Assembly (NCBI GenBank): GCA_963514005.1
Contig: OY740821.1
Span: forward strand, 13,268,001-13,332,000
DNA: 64,000 nt
Origin: Raja brachyura
Taxonomy: Eukaryota
Direction of reading: 5' to 3'
Shown here: positions 14,436 to 28,144 of the stretch, one piece after another
How positions within the stretch are numbered: the first letter of the stretch is position 1
How the letters are laid out: each line of letters starts with the position of its first letter
The notes under the pieces: generated by a model
What the model saw: only the letters and a program-made list of their open reading frames with translations
The model's database searches: none
Told to the model about the DNA's origin: nothing
Position numbers and translations under genes: made by a program

Positions 14436-14897
14436 TCATAAGTCATAGGTGCAGAATTAGGCCATTCAGCCCAACAAGTCTACTATGGCAGATCACTTTC
14501 CCTTCTGGGATAAATAAAGTTCTATCATTTTGTATCTATCTCTCCCTCCCAACCCCATTCTCCTGCCTTATCCCCATTATCCCTGACACCCATACTAATC
14601 AAGAATGTATCTATCGCTGCCTTAAAAATATCCATTGACTTGGCCTCCACAGCCTTTTGTGGCAAAGAATTCCTCAGGTTCACCACCCACTGACCAAATA
14701 AATTCCTCTTCATCTCCTTCCTAAAGGAACGTCCTTTAATTCTGAGTCTATGACCTCTAGTCCTAGACTCTCCCACTAGTAGAAACATTCTCTCCACATC
14801 CACTTTATCCAAGCCTTTCACTGCTCGGAAAGTTTTAATGAGGTTTCCCCCTCATCCTTCTGAACTCCAGCGAGTACAGGCCCAGTGCCGTCAAACG
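14436..14897 (-). mobile_element. CR1 LINE 3' fragment
   Basis: MKGLDKVDVERMF...ESRTRGHRLRIKG...WVVNLRNSLPQKAVEA is homologous to the 2.3-3.0 kb copy. Confidence 0.85.
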
Positions 14898-15279
14898 TCA
14901 AAGCCCAGTTTTATACTCCAGGTTCTGAATCTATTCCTTTAGCATGATGCCAGTGCCACACAACATGCAGGGTGAACTTTGTGGGAATACAGGGATTTAC
15001 CACATTCACTCCTGTCGTGATATAAAAATGTATCTCATATGGCTGTGACACAGGTATCACTGCTCATCACGTTGGTTCCACCACCACCATGTGGAAACAC
15101 ATACTGGGAACTTTTTCCTTCAGCACACAGCCATCTCAATTGTGCTGCTATCAAGCTATGTCAACTACATTGCTGTAGCTAGATAAGGAAAGGATGGGAC
15201 CTGCAGGCTCTTCCTCAGATGGGACAGGAGGTGCCTGGCAAGGCAGATAGGTGGATAGTCTGCAAGGTGGTTCACTCAT

Positions 15280-15650
15280 TCCACCATTTACGCAGAGTTT
15301 GTGTGGGCTCCATTGCATGCACCCTCAACATTACCCCGAATGCTCTTTCTGTATTTTGAGGGCCATGGGATTCTCAAGAGTCAGAGAAGTACTTTGCTGT
15401 ATTTCAAGACAGCTTTGAGCATATCTTCAAATCTTTTTCTCCACGACAGAGCTTGGAAGAGTGTTTCTGTTTTGGGCATGTGAACGATGCGTCACGCTCC
15501 ATGAAGCTGACCGAGTGGAATTAGGGACTCGATGCTGGGGACACTGGCCTGACAGAGACCACATATGTTAGCTCACTTGTCGTTCCAGTGTATTTGGGAG
15601 ATCTTGCAGAGACAATGTTGGCAATATCTTTCCACTAGTGAAGTGCAATG
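15280..15650 (-). mobile_element. Decayed RTE-clade LINE fragment
   Basis: Translation ERYCQHCLCKISQIHWNDK...ASVPSIES...RKRFEDMLK resembles the RTE C-terminal HQRCLRKILQIHW region and contains stops. Confidence 0.6.
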
Positions 15651-18600
15651 TTTGAAATGCATACTAGACATTCCAAAACCAAAATGTCTGTCATGAATTA
15701 GCTTCTTGGGTAAACATTTTTTCCCTACAACACAGAGTAAAATTAAGGTGAAGCAGTTAATGCTTCTAACAAATGATTGGCTGCACTTCAAAACATGTTG
15801 CTAAAACATCTCCTAATCTGGTAAACACCAAATAAATATACCCATTCCTTGATCGAAGGATAGTTTGGTCCAATGGAGCCGAGAAGGTTACATTATTTCC
15901 ATTCAGTTCCATTATTTGACAAACTCTAATGACCAAATCCCTTCCCATGTACACCCACTGACATTGAATTCCAAAGGACCAAATCATTTCCATTCACTCA
16001 AATTCTTCAACTATAAGCAAATTCCAAAGGATCAAATGGATCCATTCATTAGTCCTGCAAGTGAATGCCACTGGGCTAAATCTTTCAAAATCACTTCTGT
16101 CATTTGAATTCCTAATCCGAGCATCAAGTATTCCCAGTAACTAGATCCATGTGTTTGTAGTGCAAAATGCGGAATATTCAGCGCACCAGTTACTTCTCAA
16201 AATGACACTTAAAAAAAATAAATAAACAGGAAAAATTATTTATTTCACTTGGATATTACAATAAAGTTATATTTTTGTATACACCTACATTATGCATGGC
16301 AAAAAGTGTTTTAACAAAGAATCTACAGAGCAAAATATCAAGGCTGTGGAGAATGAAAGATAACGAGGGAAATCAGAAAGTGGTAGTTAAGCCAGTGCCT
16401 TCGTGGGGTTTAAAAGCATTTTGTTGGCAGAAATAACAAAACTGTGTAGCATGAATGAGCAAGTAGGGGACTTGTGATCAAGCCACTGGAATCAGTTCCT
16501 GCAATGTGCTAAATATAAGGAATTATGTGCAAAACACTCTTATCAACCTTGACCCTTCCATTCCCAAAAGGCAAGATAATTTGTCGCATCTTAAAAAAAA
16601 GACATCAAGGCTACCTTTTTCATAAATACATCAAAACAACAAGATATACAACTCCCGCCAACATCACAACATAGTCCAATTCTATCTTCCTCAGATACTT
16701 AGCTTTCTTCCAGGAACGAAAGAGTAATAATCAGCAATTGGAGCAAAAACCCCCCACTGTTGCCGGAAAGTTGAAACATAAACTAGAAGTGTTTATGAGT
16801 TGCAGAGGGGGGTGGATAGAGAAGAAGGAATGTCAATGATAGGCTGCACCTATCAGGAGGTAGTTACATTTGCATCAATATGCTGTGGCTAACTGCAGCA
16901 CCATAACCAAAATCAACTGATTCACAACAAACCAAGGATTAAACGCAAGAGCAGCAGCCACACCTGACTGGAGGTGATCGACATAGGTGCAGCAGTTAGT
17001 GCCGCTGCCTCACAGCTCCAGCAACTCAATTCGATCATCGCCTTTAGTGACGTCTACATGGTATTTGTACATTCTCCATGAGACCTCACGGATAATTCCC
17101 TCGCATCCCAAAGACATGCCAGCTGGTAGTCTAATTGACCACCCCTAGCGTCGGTATGCAGCAGGAAAGTCAAGCAGCTGGTGAACGCAAGAGAAGGGAA
17201 CTGACGTGTTTGCTGGAGGGAGCCAGCACAGACCTGTTGAGTTGAATGGCCTCTTTCTGCATTGCAAGAGGCGATTCCCACGCTATTGAGAGAGTGGTAA
17301 AGACATATGGTATATGATTGAGCACTTTGCCAGCAACAAAATACAGTTGGGAGTCAAAACCCTTGTATCCTCACTGATAGAAAGTTAAGATCAGTTATAT
17401 CAACAGAAGACACCCCACATGTACTAAGCAATATATTTACCAGGAAGTAACAGATTTAATTCTCAATTTGTTACATTACCAGTCCATGGTAAGCAAGATG
17501 CTCAGCTACAAATGAATTCAAATCATGAAGAATGACCTTAAGAATCAAATTAAAATTAAGCAAAGTTAGGAAAGCTTGGTGAAACAGCCAAGTTTTAAGA
17601 ATAGATTAACAGAAAGGTGCATGGTCAGAATAGACCAAGTTTATTAAAAAAAAAACAATAAAACAAATGAAGGCATGCACAAAATGACAAAGTCAGGGGA
17701 ACTTATGGAAAAGTGAACAGAGAGGAAAATGAGTACGGGCATGATTACATTTTAAAGGCCATGTTTTGTAAACATATTGGGAGCTAGGAAGTCAGTATGA
17801 ATCAATAAGTAACACGACGGGAGAGTAAGGTTCAGTGCCAAGCGTGTGTAGCAAAACTAAACAAGAAAGTAAGATTGCTAATTGGCAATGCGCAGTTATT
17901 AGTATTTCACATTTAGCAACACCATTGATAGCAAATTATATGCTTCTACCCCCAAGAGACGAAGTTGAAATAGTGATTGCTCAGATAAAGAGGTGAGCAA
18001 TTTACCTGGAATTGTAATATAAAAGTGCCTTTTTATTTACATCAACTTTGACAATATGAACCTGCTAATTAAATATGATTCAGTGCTATGATTCAGCAAG
18101 TGATCGTCACATCTGCTCCCGGTTATTTCAAGTCTATTTGTTTTCAATTCACTGCACATGCACAAGCAGGCATCGTCTTTTTAATTGACCTTTCAAATTT
18201 GCTAAAGCATAAGTTGTTATTAAACAACATACAATATTTGTTTACATCAATAATGATTTTCTGCTTAGTATTGTTTCTGATAAACCAAACAGTCATCTGG
18301 GAATAGATGCAGGAATTTCAAGTCTCAAATAAAATTCCTTTAGGAAGAGGGCCAAAATCTCACGACAGTCACTCAGATCTGAATAATGACTGTGAATAAC
18401 ATACCTCAAAGCAAATACAAATTCAGAAAGCAAGCACCGCTGGACTGAGCCGTTAACTTTCTATTGGATTGATCTGCCTCGATACTTTCTCTCAAGAATG
18501 TCAGCAGCCATTTTAAAATCATGGGGTGCAGATAAGACCAATGGAGAGTACCGAAAGAGGCAAAAAGTACAGAATGGGACAGTAACACAAAAAATAACTA

Positions 18601-19972
18601 GTTAAAATGATTATAGCTGGACAGCTTGGAATATTATGTGTCAGTAACACAACAGAAGTTTCACAACAAAAGCATATTGTGTTAAAAGGAGCAATAATCC
18701 AATAAATTGATCTAGGAATTTTCTTCAATGCAAATATAACTGTGCTGCTTCACCCAATGAGATGAAAGTACCTTCATATCAAATGATGCAATTTTATTAT
18801 TTTTTCGAGGGAAACTACGAGTCAAGGTTACAAAATGTTCACTGTCTCAGAAAGAGTAGAAAAAGTCAAAGCCAGGCATCCACTTCCATTTCTTTTGTGT
18901 TGTAATTAACTTGTCTTTATTTTGCTGTGTTGCTGAATATCATCGATTGTGCTTGATGCCCTCAGCACCAGAAATAATGTAGTGAATTGTGCAATGCCAA
19001 GATTTAACAATTGAGCTTTGCCCCAAAACCTCACATCGCAAATCTGGTACTCCCATTACTCTATACCGAGCTAATGATGCCTAAGAATTGAAGGAATGAT
19101 GCCATACACATGGGTGGGATCATGGAGAAATTGTCGCAGAAGGGTGGAAGGTGCAACAACTTTCATGTTTTTCCCCACTGCAGTAATTCACATGGAGTGG
19201 TGGTAACAGTAAATATTTGTTGAGACATCTCAATGCTAATATTCCCTCAAAAGATTCCAGGGTTTCCCACAAGCCATTTTTTTTCAGGTTCTCGTGTGCG
19301 TTACATAACATTAATTTTGAGCATGGTGGAACCAAAGAACAATTGAGGTTAAAGAAAATGAAATCAGGAGCTACCTAGTTTGAGGGGTGTTTTGTTTTTC
19401 ATTGCAAGACGTTTTCACACCATCGAGAGGAACTGGATAAGTGTATTTTTACAAGTAGTTTTGCTTGCTTTTGTGAAAATAGGTGCTCCAGCTGGCAAAC
19501 TTTAAAAGGAATTGCTAACCATACACAACTGTAGAGCTAATAGTTCTGTCAAGGATCCTGCATCATTTTTTTAAATCTCAGAAATAAATATCAGGAGGGG
19601 ACTCAAGGGTGTCTGTGTTTCGCTTCTAGTGATCCGGAAAACTCAGTCAGCTTTCTCGGTCACTGTGCCTGCCTGCTACTGACTATATCCTGTTCCCAGT
19701 ACAGGTTCTCCAAGCCATGGTACAATTCCACTTACTCTCTGGTGAACAGATCAAAGGGGAAAATTATATTAGTAAATAGTAAAAACCTCCAAGCAGAAAC
19801 AGCTCATTTGCTGGCCAAGAAAGCGATGGTGCCAGTTTCCAATAGTGCTGTTCTTTCCCTCATCAGGAACCATCTTCAGAATTCATAACACAGGCCTTGA
19901 TTTCAGGAAACATTGAGACGTTTAGTGGCGCAAAGGGTGTGTTTTTGTGGCACAAAAGGTTATAGATTCATT

Positions 19973-20278
19973 CACTGTGGCGCAGCAGTGGAGTTGCTGC
20001 CTTACAGCAAATGCATTACCGGAGACCCGGGTTCGATCCCGACTACGGGTGGTGTCTGCACAGTTTGTACGTTCTCCCCGTGACCTGCGTGGATTTCCTC
20101 CGAGTTCTTCGGTTTCCTCCCACACACAAGACGTACAGGTTTGTAGGTTAATTGGCTTGGTAAATGTAAAAATTATCCCTCGTGGGTGTATGATAGTGTT
20201 AATACGTGTGGATTGCTGGTCGGCGCGGACCCGAAGGGCCTGTTTCCGCACTGTATCTCTAAATTAAACTAAATTTAA
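19973..20278 (+). mobile_element. tRNA-derived V-SINE (HE1-like)
   Basis: Pol III box A tggcgcagcagtgg (19978-19991) and box B ggttcgatccc (20030-20040). V-domain-like ggtttcctcccac. CR1-like 3' end gaagggcctgtttcc with a (ctaaa)n-type tail. Confidence 0.8.
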
Positions 20279-23244
20279 AGTTCCCTGCTTAACCATACAG
20301 ATAGCAACAACTTTGTTGAAAAACAAAAACAGCTCAAAAGGCAGTATGCGTGGAACAAAATATCCTTGTTACAAAACGAATCCTTTAGCATATGACCATT
20401 TTGAAAAATGTTACATTTTGATCAGAAATTCCAGATAAAATAAGGATAATAATGCAACTCTGCTGTACAGCTTCTTTTTTATTTATTTAACAAGTCAAAC
20501 AAAAATATCACACAAAAGCTTCAACACCAAAACTGACTAAGCTTCCACACATGCCGTTGTTGATTCGGGTAAAGTGCAACAGTACAGAGTTTTCGGAATC
20601 AGAAAAATAGGTCGGGTGACAGTTTGGGGGAGGGGACAGATGGAGGCATTGTAGAGAAGGAATATTTTATGCATAGATCAGGAAGGAGATCTATACAAAG
20701 ATAATGAATAGGGAATGTTTTGTCTATTTGAATTCTTTGGAGTGGGAGTGCAAGGCAAGTGCTTTGCTCTATTGGAATTTTATGCTTTGATCAAATTTCA
20801 CTCGGATGGAGTCATCCAGATGGCACATTGAAGGTGTTGGTTTTTTTGGGGCAACTGTGAATATCACAACAGTCTTCCACCCAGAAAATCTGGAGAAATG
20901 GCTTTGATTATAAAAAGCAAAGAAACTAAAAAAATATATACAAATACAGAAAATGATAGAAGCACGAGCAATGTAAACAGCAAAGGGAAAGACAGACATT
21001 AGGTGAGAGATAGAGACAGACAGACATCAGGCGAGAGAGTACATCACACGAGCAAGAGATCTTGACTCGGGGAAGCGGTGGGGGGAGGGTCTCATTGGGA
21101 GAATGGGTATGCAAGTGAGGCACCACATGCACGAGAGGGCACGAGCCAGCGGCATTAGCCGGGCAAGAGGGGTATCAGCTGGGCAAGAGGGCAGTCATGT
21201 GTCGGCAAGACAGCCGGCAGGCGAGACGGTGGCCAGGCATGTGCTTGAGGTAGCTGGGATGCGAGACTGAATGAACGGCCCATGGGGCAGGCGCTTGAGG
21301 CAAGACAGGGACAAAACTTTAGGTATATTATTGTCACGTGCACCGAGGTACGTGAATGGCTTTGTTTTGCATGCTATCCAAACTGATCAAATAATACTGT
21401 ACATAAATATAATGTTCAAACTCAAGTACAATAGGGACAGCGAAGGGGAAAATACTGGGAAGATGAAAGGGGAAGACTCCAGTGATTTGCAGAACCTCTG
21501 CTGGATGGGTGAGTGGAAATGGCAATGTATTAGACAATTAAAGTAAAACAAATACCATAGAACATGGAAACTATCAATTACTATTTTCAGTAATTACTTC
21601 ACAACATTAATAATGTAATTTTACTATTACATCAGCATTTTTAATACATTAAACCTCTTTCATGGGCAAAAATTTGATTTTAATGGAAAGACTAAAAATC
21701 ATATCAATGCATGTCATGTTGATCTTTTCCATTAAAAATTTCTATGGTAAAATTGACAAAATGGAAATTTTTGATGCAAACATCACAATGCAATTCCATC
21801 TCATCACCAATGGCGGCATTCCAGTGTAACACTGGCAGAAGTGCATACCTTCAATGCGACAAGTTTATCCAAATCAGGGAATGTCAGTAAGAATGAATAA
21901 CTTTAAAAGTGAATAGGAAATCAAACCTGCACACCCCGGTCAAATTACAATTCACGCCACCATTCTCTCCACCTAATGAATGTACATGGTTTCAACTGCA
22001 CACACAATAGAATATTGGTTTGACTTACAGATTTATATATATCTAAAAATCAGAACGATAGGAACAAACAGGACTAGTTAGAAGACAAGGAAAATAAAAG
22101 ATAGTTAAGCAGTTAGTTTTTGTTCCAGGCAGCACAAACACCAAGGTATTTACAAAAGCAGACTATACACCTTTTAGTCTCACATCAGCATTTATAATCA
22201 TATGCACACAGCACCCCCCCCCCCCCCCCCCCGGTAAGTCTAGACTTAGTAGTTGAAATGCAGTGCCGTGTTCCATGGTAACAGGAATACAATGTGGTAA
22301 ATGGTCATCAAATTGCTGCTCCTGTACAGAATAGAGATTCCCATTACCCAGAACTAACTGATTGAATGCTAATATAAACTGGTCGTCAGTCCTTGATCTT
22401 AACCAAATGGAAATCCGCTATAACCACCACTGTGAAAAATCTTTCCCACTGCTGCCAACTTCAATCATCACTTACTTTCATCCCCACCACTTGGCGAACT
22501 GTTCAGAGTTCAGAATACAGTGAATATGCTTTTCAAAGCAGCAAAATATTTCAGGAATATGAAAACAGTCGTACAACAACAGTAACTCCAAATATCAGTA
22601 GTGAAATTTTCAGCACTGATATCATCAAAGATCTTAGCGTGACACAACATACCAACACAAGACGCTGTAGAGAATTTAACCCAGCAATCCACAAGTTGCC
22701 ATCTTGGGAAATTATCGTAGGTTACGTAACACTGCAGTATGTAACTTCTAAGGTCATGAAACAATGCTATTGCTAATTGCTGCTTTCATCCGTAGAATAA
22801 TGTAAGCTTAGTAAAACTTTGCAATTTATGTTCAAATTTATAGCAGCCACTCAAAAGAACAAGACACCTAGTTCCATTTAATAGCTTTGCTGTGTTTGCC
22901 AGCAGAAAATGCATTGCTGATCCCACCAGAAGTGTATTTTAGCGTTAAGGGAAGAGAGGAAAAGGTTAAAAGATGTGCAGGACAAGGTGGGTGCCTTAAA
23001 TGTGCTGCAAGGGCTGGTAATGGAAGTGGATACAACAGTGCCATTCAATAATCTTTTTGATGTGCACATGGATATGCAGTGAATGGAAGGATATGGATTA
23101 CGTACAGGCAAAGGAGACTAGTTTAACTTCGCATTATTAACTTGGGGATCATTCCTGTGCTTAATGTTTAATTCAAAATCTCCCCATATTCCCCATCAGC
23201 TTTTCCCAGGTTCTGTCACTCCCCCAACAAGCATTTACAGAGGC

Positions 23245-23420
23245 TAATTAGCCTGCCAATCTGCACATCTTTGTGATGTGGGATGAAACCAGAGCACCAG
23301 GGAAAAAACCCAAGCAGTCACACAGGGAACGCGTGAACGCCACACAGACAGAGCCCAAGGCCAGGATTGAACCTGGGTCTCTGGCGCTGGGTAGCAGTGA
23401 CTCTACAAGCTGCACTGTTC
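23245..23420 (-). mobile_element. Degenerate V-SINE (further decayed plus-strand copies at ~9440-9610 and ~16985-17265)
   Basis: The reverse complement contains agcgccagagacccaggttcaatcct and a V-domain-like segment. Confidence 0.6.
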
Positions 23421-24599
23421 TGCCTGTATGCAAACTGGCTGGTTGTGCCACTTTCACCATGGACATTTGTCATATCTGATCTAAGTCAGGTAACTGAAGG
23501 TGAATTACATAGGCTGGAGACACAGACGTGGAAAAGTAACTTAACAAAAGTAAAATCAAACTCAGGTCTTTATCACATCGCCTAAATAACTTATATGTTG
23601 ACATTGGCAGAATTTGGAGGCAATTTTGGCACCTGCCTTAAGATATGTGAAATGATATAGACGTAAAGAACATTTAAAAAATAAATAAATAAATCTAATT
23701 CTCACAACTGAAATAATGTGTGGTGAAAGAATTTCTAAACACTTCAAAATATAAGCCACTTATGATGTGGATACATATCAATGCAAACGTAACCAATGAC
23801 ACTTGCCATAATTTAGATGTCAATCTAATAAGAATGGACAGAACATTTAATCCTTATTCTTGCTCTTATACTATTACCTGTAAAAATAACAGTAATTAAA
23901 CAACTTGAAACTTAATTGAAATAATGATCAATGGGCTAACATGCCACATTCCATTATTTGTGTTTAAACACTATATTTTAGCAATCAATTACTGAAACCG
24001 CATACAAATTTTGGACAGTACTTTATTGTTTCATTCAATTGCAATACGAGTTTCACCTTCACTCAATTTACTCGGAAATGCCTTCTAGACTAAGGGAATT
24101 CACCCATTACATTTGTGTGATCAATACATCAGACTTCCAAAGATGTGTTGATCTTCTTAACAATCCCGTATTTAGATCTTGATTTCGGAACCTTCACCGT
24201 GTACAACTTTGATCCCGTTCAACAATGGTTGTTTTGCGAACAGGCGAGGGTTTGCTGTTACACAAAAGGCCTCACTCTGGGCAACTGAACAACGGGGGAG
24301 AAATACAATACATACGTGAATCATCAAAACAATCTTTCCAAATGGATCTGATATCAATCTTGAATAATGGCCGTGGATAAAACGCCGTGCATTGCAGCTG
24401 ATTTTAACTTCTGAGGGAGATCTTCATGACTGACAACACACCTGCAGCACTCAATAGCTACAGGTCTCAGAGCCATTAATGGCCATCATCGGATTTCTCG
24501 AGGGAGAAAGGGGAAATTAGCTTGCCACAATACCTATAATCCCACCACAACAGAACTACACTTTCAACTAAATTAGACGCACATTCCTTTTATTATGAA

Positions 24600-25260
24600 C
24601 CCATTGTAAACTCACACTAATTGCGCCAGACATCCCGCCCCTATTCCAAGAACTGACAGCTCCGCCGTGCAACCACCGAGCGAACATTCCCCAGAGGCGC
24701 CAATGACCACAAAGGAAAGGCGGGACCTCCGGTAGCAGGTGCGGTTGACTAAGAAAAGCAGACAAATGCCTCCAAAACCAATTTTAAATTGCACTTCAGT
24801 TTTGTAAGCAAACAGAGAGAGCAATGCAAACAAGGTAACCGGATTTGTTATGAGAGCAGGTTCACATCCAAATGGAATCATCCCTCGCTCCCTCGAAGAG
24901 GTAATAGTGGAATAAACCTTAGGCCCCAGGTTCGCTCGCTTGACAGCGCGACGCACGCCGACATTTTATGGGCCGCCGGGCTTAGGAAGGAAACATCGCC
25001 TTTCTGACGGATTAACACACCGTTTTTACCTCAGGAATTAGCGTTTACGGGTAGAGCAGCATTCCCTCCGCTCAGCTTCGAGCGATTGAATTCCAGTCAG
25101 CGAACAACTTCCGCCATAACTTCCGAGCGCCAGGGCAGCGAGCGGAGAGACCAAAAACCGATTCATAGCAGCGCCAGGCCAAGCGGTCGAACGCCGCCGC
25201 ATCCATTCATTCCGGGAACAAGGGCAGCGAGCAGATTGCGGAAACAAGGATAATTATGGG
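24600..25260 (-). promoter_or_regulatory. CpG-island promoter with a non-coding first exon (~25030-25125) of an unidentified minus-strand gene
   Basis: CpG-rich island. Tandem ETS sites CGGAAGT (25107-25113 and 25119-25125) flank a YY1-like ATGGCGG (25111-25117), all on the minus strand. Donor CCTGAG|gtaaaa at 25030/25029. Only short upstream ORFs are present. Confidence 0.65.
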
Positions 25261-25929
25261 AACCAACGCCAATCATTGGACCCATGAAAGACATCACATT
25301 GGATCTTGTTTCAACGCAAAAAAACATTGTTACCAACTGAACTGGAACCGAAAGTCCAAAATCTCTTTTTTTTTCTATATACGTCCATCAATACGGAATA
25401 ATTCACGGTCAATATTTAAAATATATTAAAAAACGGCACCTATTCCTATTCTCCTATTCCTATGTTGTAGTAAATGCCTTCTATGTTCTGTGTGCTAAAG
25501 CAAAGCAAGGATTTCATTGTCCTATCAGGGACACATGACAATAAACTCACTTGAACTTGAACTGGAACTTCTCCGGGGAAGCTGGACAAAGATCCTATAG
25601 CGGAGCTCGCTGAGTTACTCCAGCATTCTGTGTCCTCTATCATGTTCTCCAGAGATGCTGTCTGACCCGCTGAGTTACTCCAGCATTTTGTGCCTATCTT
25701 CAGTTTAAACTAGCATCTGCAGTTCCAACCTGCACATTTAAAATATTATCGCTCAGCCAGAAATTCAAAGAGAAAAATAATCGTATTTAGATCAGGAAAA
25801 GATTGACTGGGGAATGGACAATAGACGACTCTGTAATCTGGCTCCAGGATTGATTTGGAATGACCTCTATATCAATCAACTGCCATATAGGTTGTTCTGC
25901 AAACATCCATCACTCAAATCCAGGATTAG

Positions 25930-26350
25930 AACATAGAGCGGTATGGCTCAAGAACAGGCCCTCTGGCCCACAATGCCTGTGCCAAACATAATGAAAGACC
26001 AAATCTCATCTACCTGCACATAATCCACATCGCTCCATTCCCTGTATATCCATATGCCTATCGGAAAGTCTCTTAAATGCCACAAATCTGCCTCAACCAC
26101 CACCCCTGGCAACATGTTCCAGGCACTCACCACATGTATGAAAAATATACTTGCCCTGCACAGCTTTATACTTTGCCCCTCTCACATTAAAGCTGCACCT
26201 TAAAGTGTTGATTTTTCCACCCTGGGGGGAAAAAGTTCTGTCTGCCTTCGCTATCTATGCCACTCATAATTTTACACACTTCCATCAGTTCTCCCCGCAA
26301 CCTCCAGCATTGCTTGGAAAACTATTCAAGTCTGCCCAACCTCTCCTGGC
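25930..26350 (-). mobile_element. Decayed CR1 3' fragment (others at ~7690-7950, 22950-23160, 41870-42035, 47480-47880, 53557-53900 and 59320-59500)
   Basis: VSAWNMLPGVVVEA motif and a typical CR1 3' UTR. Confidence 0.65.
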
Positions 26351-26649
26351 AGGAACAAAATACGTAATTTATTACCTTTCTATTTGTTCACATATTTATG
26401 AAGTTTGGGCATGAAAAATATGCTGTATCTTTTTGGATCTTATCTAGTGATGGTGATGAGAGAGTGCAGAGTTTGGAACTTGGCACTATGAACAGCTCAG
26501 TTGTACAGGAAGGGAAGAAGAAACCAGAGGGAGAAATTGTGATTAGGGATTCAATTGTTGGAGGGGCAACAGGCATATCTGTGGTTGTCAACATGACACA
26601 TGGTAAAGTTGGCGATGAGAAAGTAACATTAGCATGGGAATGGAAAACG

Positions 26650-26960
26650 ATGAGAGAGCAGTTTCCCTGAAGTTGGAGAATTTGATGCTCATTCCAGAAA
26701 GTTGCAAAGGCACAAGATGGAAGATAAGATATTTTCCTCCGATTTATATTGGGCCTCACTACAGCAGTGGAGGAAACCACAGACAGACAGGGCAGAATGA
26801 GAGTGGGATTAAGAATTAAAGTGGCATGCAACAGGAAGCTCAGGACCACTTTGTGGCCCAAGTCCAGGTGCTCTACAAAGTGATCACCCAATTAGTGTTT
26901 GGTTTCTCCAATGTATCATTACTGTTCATAATGTAGCCTCCTCTACATTTGAGAAACTTA
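26650..26960 (-). mobile_element. Old Penelope-like GIY-YIG remnant
   Basis: A GDHFVEHL motif and a frameshifted HFN/RLG-like region resemble the 41.6 kb and 55.9 kb copies. Confidence 0.55.
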
Positions 26961-27703
26961 TATTTGAGCACGAGGTAGCTAGGAAAGGGGTGACAAAGCA
27001 GGACCTCAAACAGAGTAATTCCCAATGGAAATAAGAGGATAGATTAGATCAATGTGTAGCTGGAGAGATGATGCAAGGAGAAAGGATTCATCTTCTTGAT
27101 GAAATGGGTCTGTGTCTGTGGAAAATTGCATGACACGCAACAATGAGCTCGGCTCTTAACGCCTCTACAGAATTGCCCAACAATACACCCATTTCAAGGG
27201 AAATGAGACGTGTAATAAATACTGGTCTTGTCAACGATGACCACCATTTATCACCCATCTTTCAAGAAGTTGCGTACCAACGATATGCCCACAGTAGTTC
27301 TGGGAAGTTACAGGTTCAATGAAGGAACTCATTTGGAATTTACATCTGCCCGTTCAATTGTCATTTTGCTCTTTTTTATAATTACAAATTTGCCTACGTG
27401 TGTCGATAGAATGCCTGAAATGCAATACCAAACCTGCAACATGGTGATATAAATAATATATTTTTCCAGCAGCAGTCCTTAATCATCTGGAATTTCTGAC
27501 AAGGCTCTCTTGACCATCCACTGTAGCTTCAGCAGCAGAATTGTGGACGCCTCAGGGACACAGCTGTTTGGTTATAATTGCAACAGTGAGAGCATTTCAA
27601 ATATAATTAATTAACTATTGTAAAGCCCTTTCTGACACTCCCGATGATGTTTAAAAATTATTTCAAAGCAAGAAGCTGTCAGCTTCATGTAGCCAGCAGT
27701 TAG

Positions 27704-27832
27704 ACAGTACAGAGACAACGAAATGCATTTAGCATCGCTCTTCCAGGGAGATGCTAAATGCATTTCGTTGTCTCTGTACTGTACACTGACAATGACAATT
27801 AAAATTGAATCTGAATCTGAATCTGAATCTGA
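27704..27832 (+). mobile_element. Short retroposon 3' end with a perfect 33-bp hairpin and (GAATCT)n tail
   Basis: Arms 27704-27736 and 27750-27782 are exact reverse complements. They are followed by aattaaa and (tgaatc)4, with agttag on both flanks. Confidence 0.7.
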
Positions 27833-27998
27833 GTTAGGTTACTGGACTTGTAATCAAAAAACTAAAAACTATGTGGAGCCATTGAATTCAAAGCATGGCA
27901 CGGCAACTGGAGACTTTAATGTAGTTAGAAATACATCTGGAATGAAGGACTAGTCTCCGCAATCATAACACTTACACATTGTCATTACAATTTTGAAA

Positions 27999-28144
27999 TG
28001 TAGAAACAAGGAACTGCAGATGCCAGTTTATTATTTTTTTTTAAAGACACAAAGTGCTGGAGTAACTAGTCGGTCAGGCACCATCTCTGGAGAACATGAA
28101 TAAGTGACGTTTCAGGTCAGGACCTTTCTTCAGACCCTTCTTCA
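27999..28144 (-). mobile_element. Penelope-derived terminal-repeat fragment with an intact hammerhead core (28106-28133)
   Basis: The minus strand reads CTGAAGA-A-AGGT-CCTG-ACCT-GAAAC-GTC, followed by the family tail. Confidence 0.8.

Noticed and set aside
19973-20045. tRNA gene (box A and box B present; also at 37536)
   Set aside because: No cloverleaf or oligo-T terminator. The sequence continues into a SINE body and a LINE-like tail.
26388-26891. 167-aa ORF as a host gene
   Set aside because: A mosaic of decayed Penelope and CR1-type fragments with no splice support.
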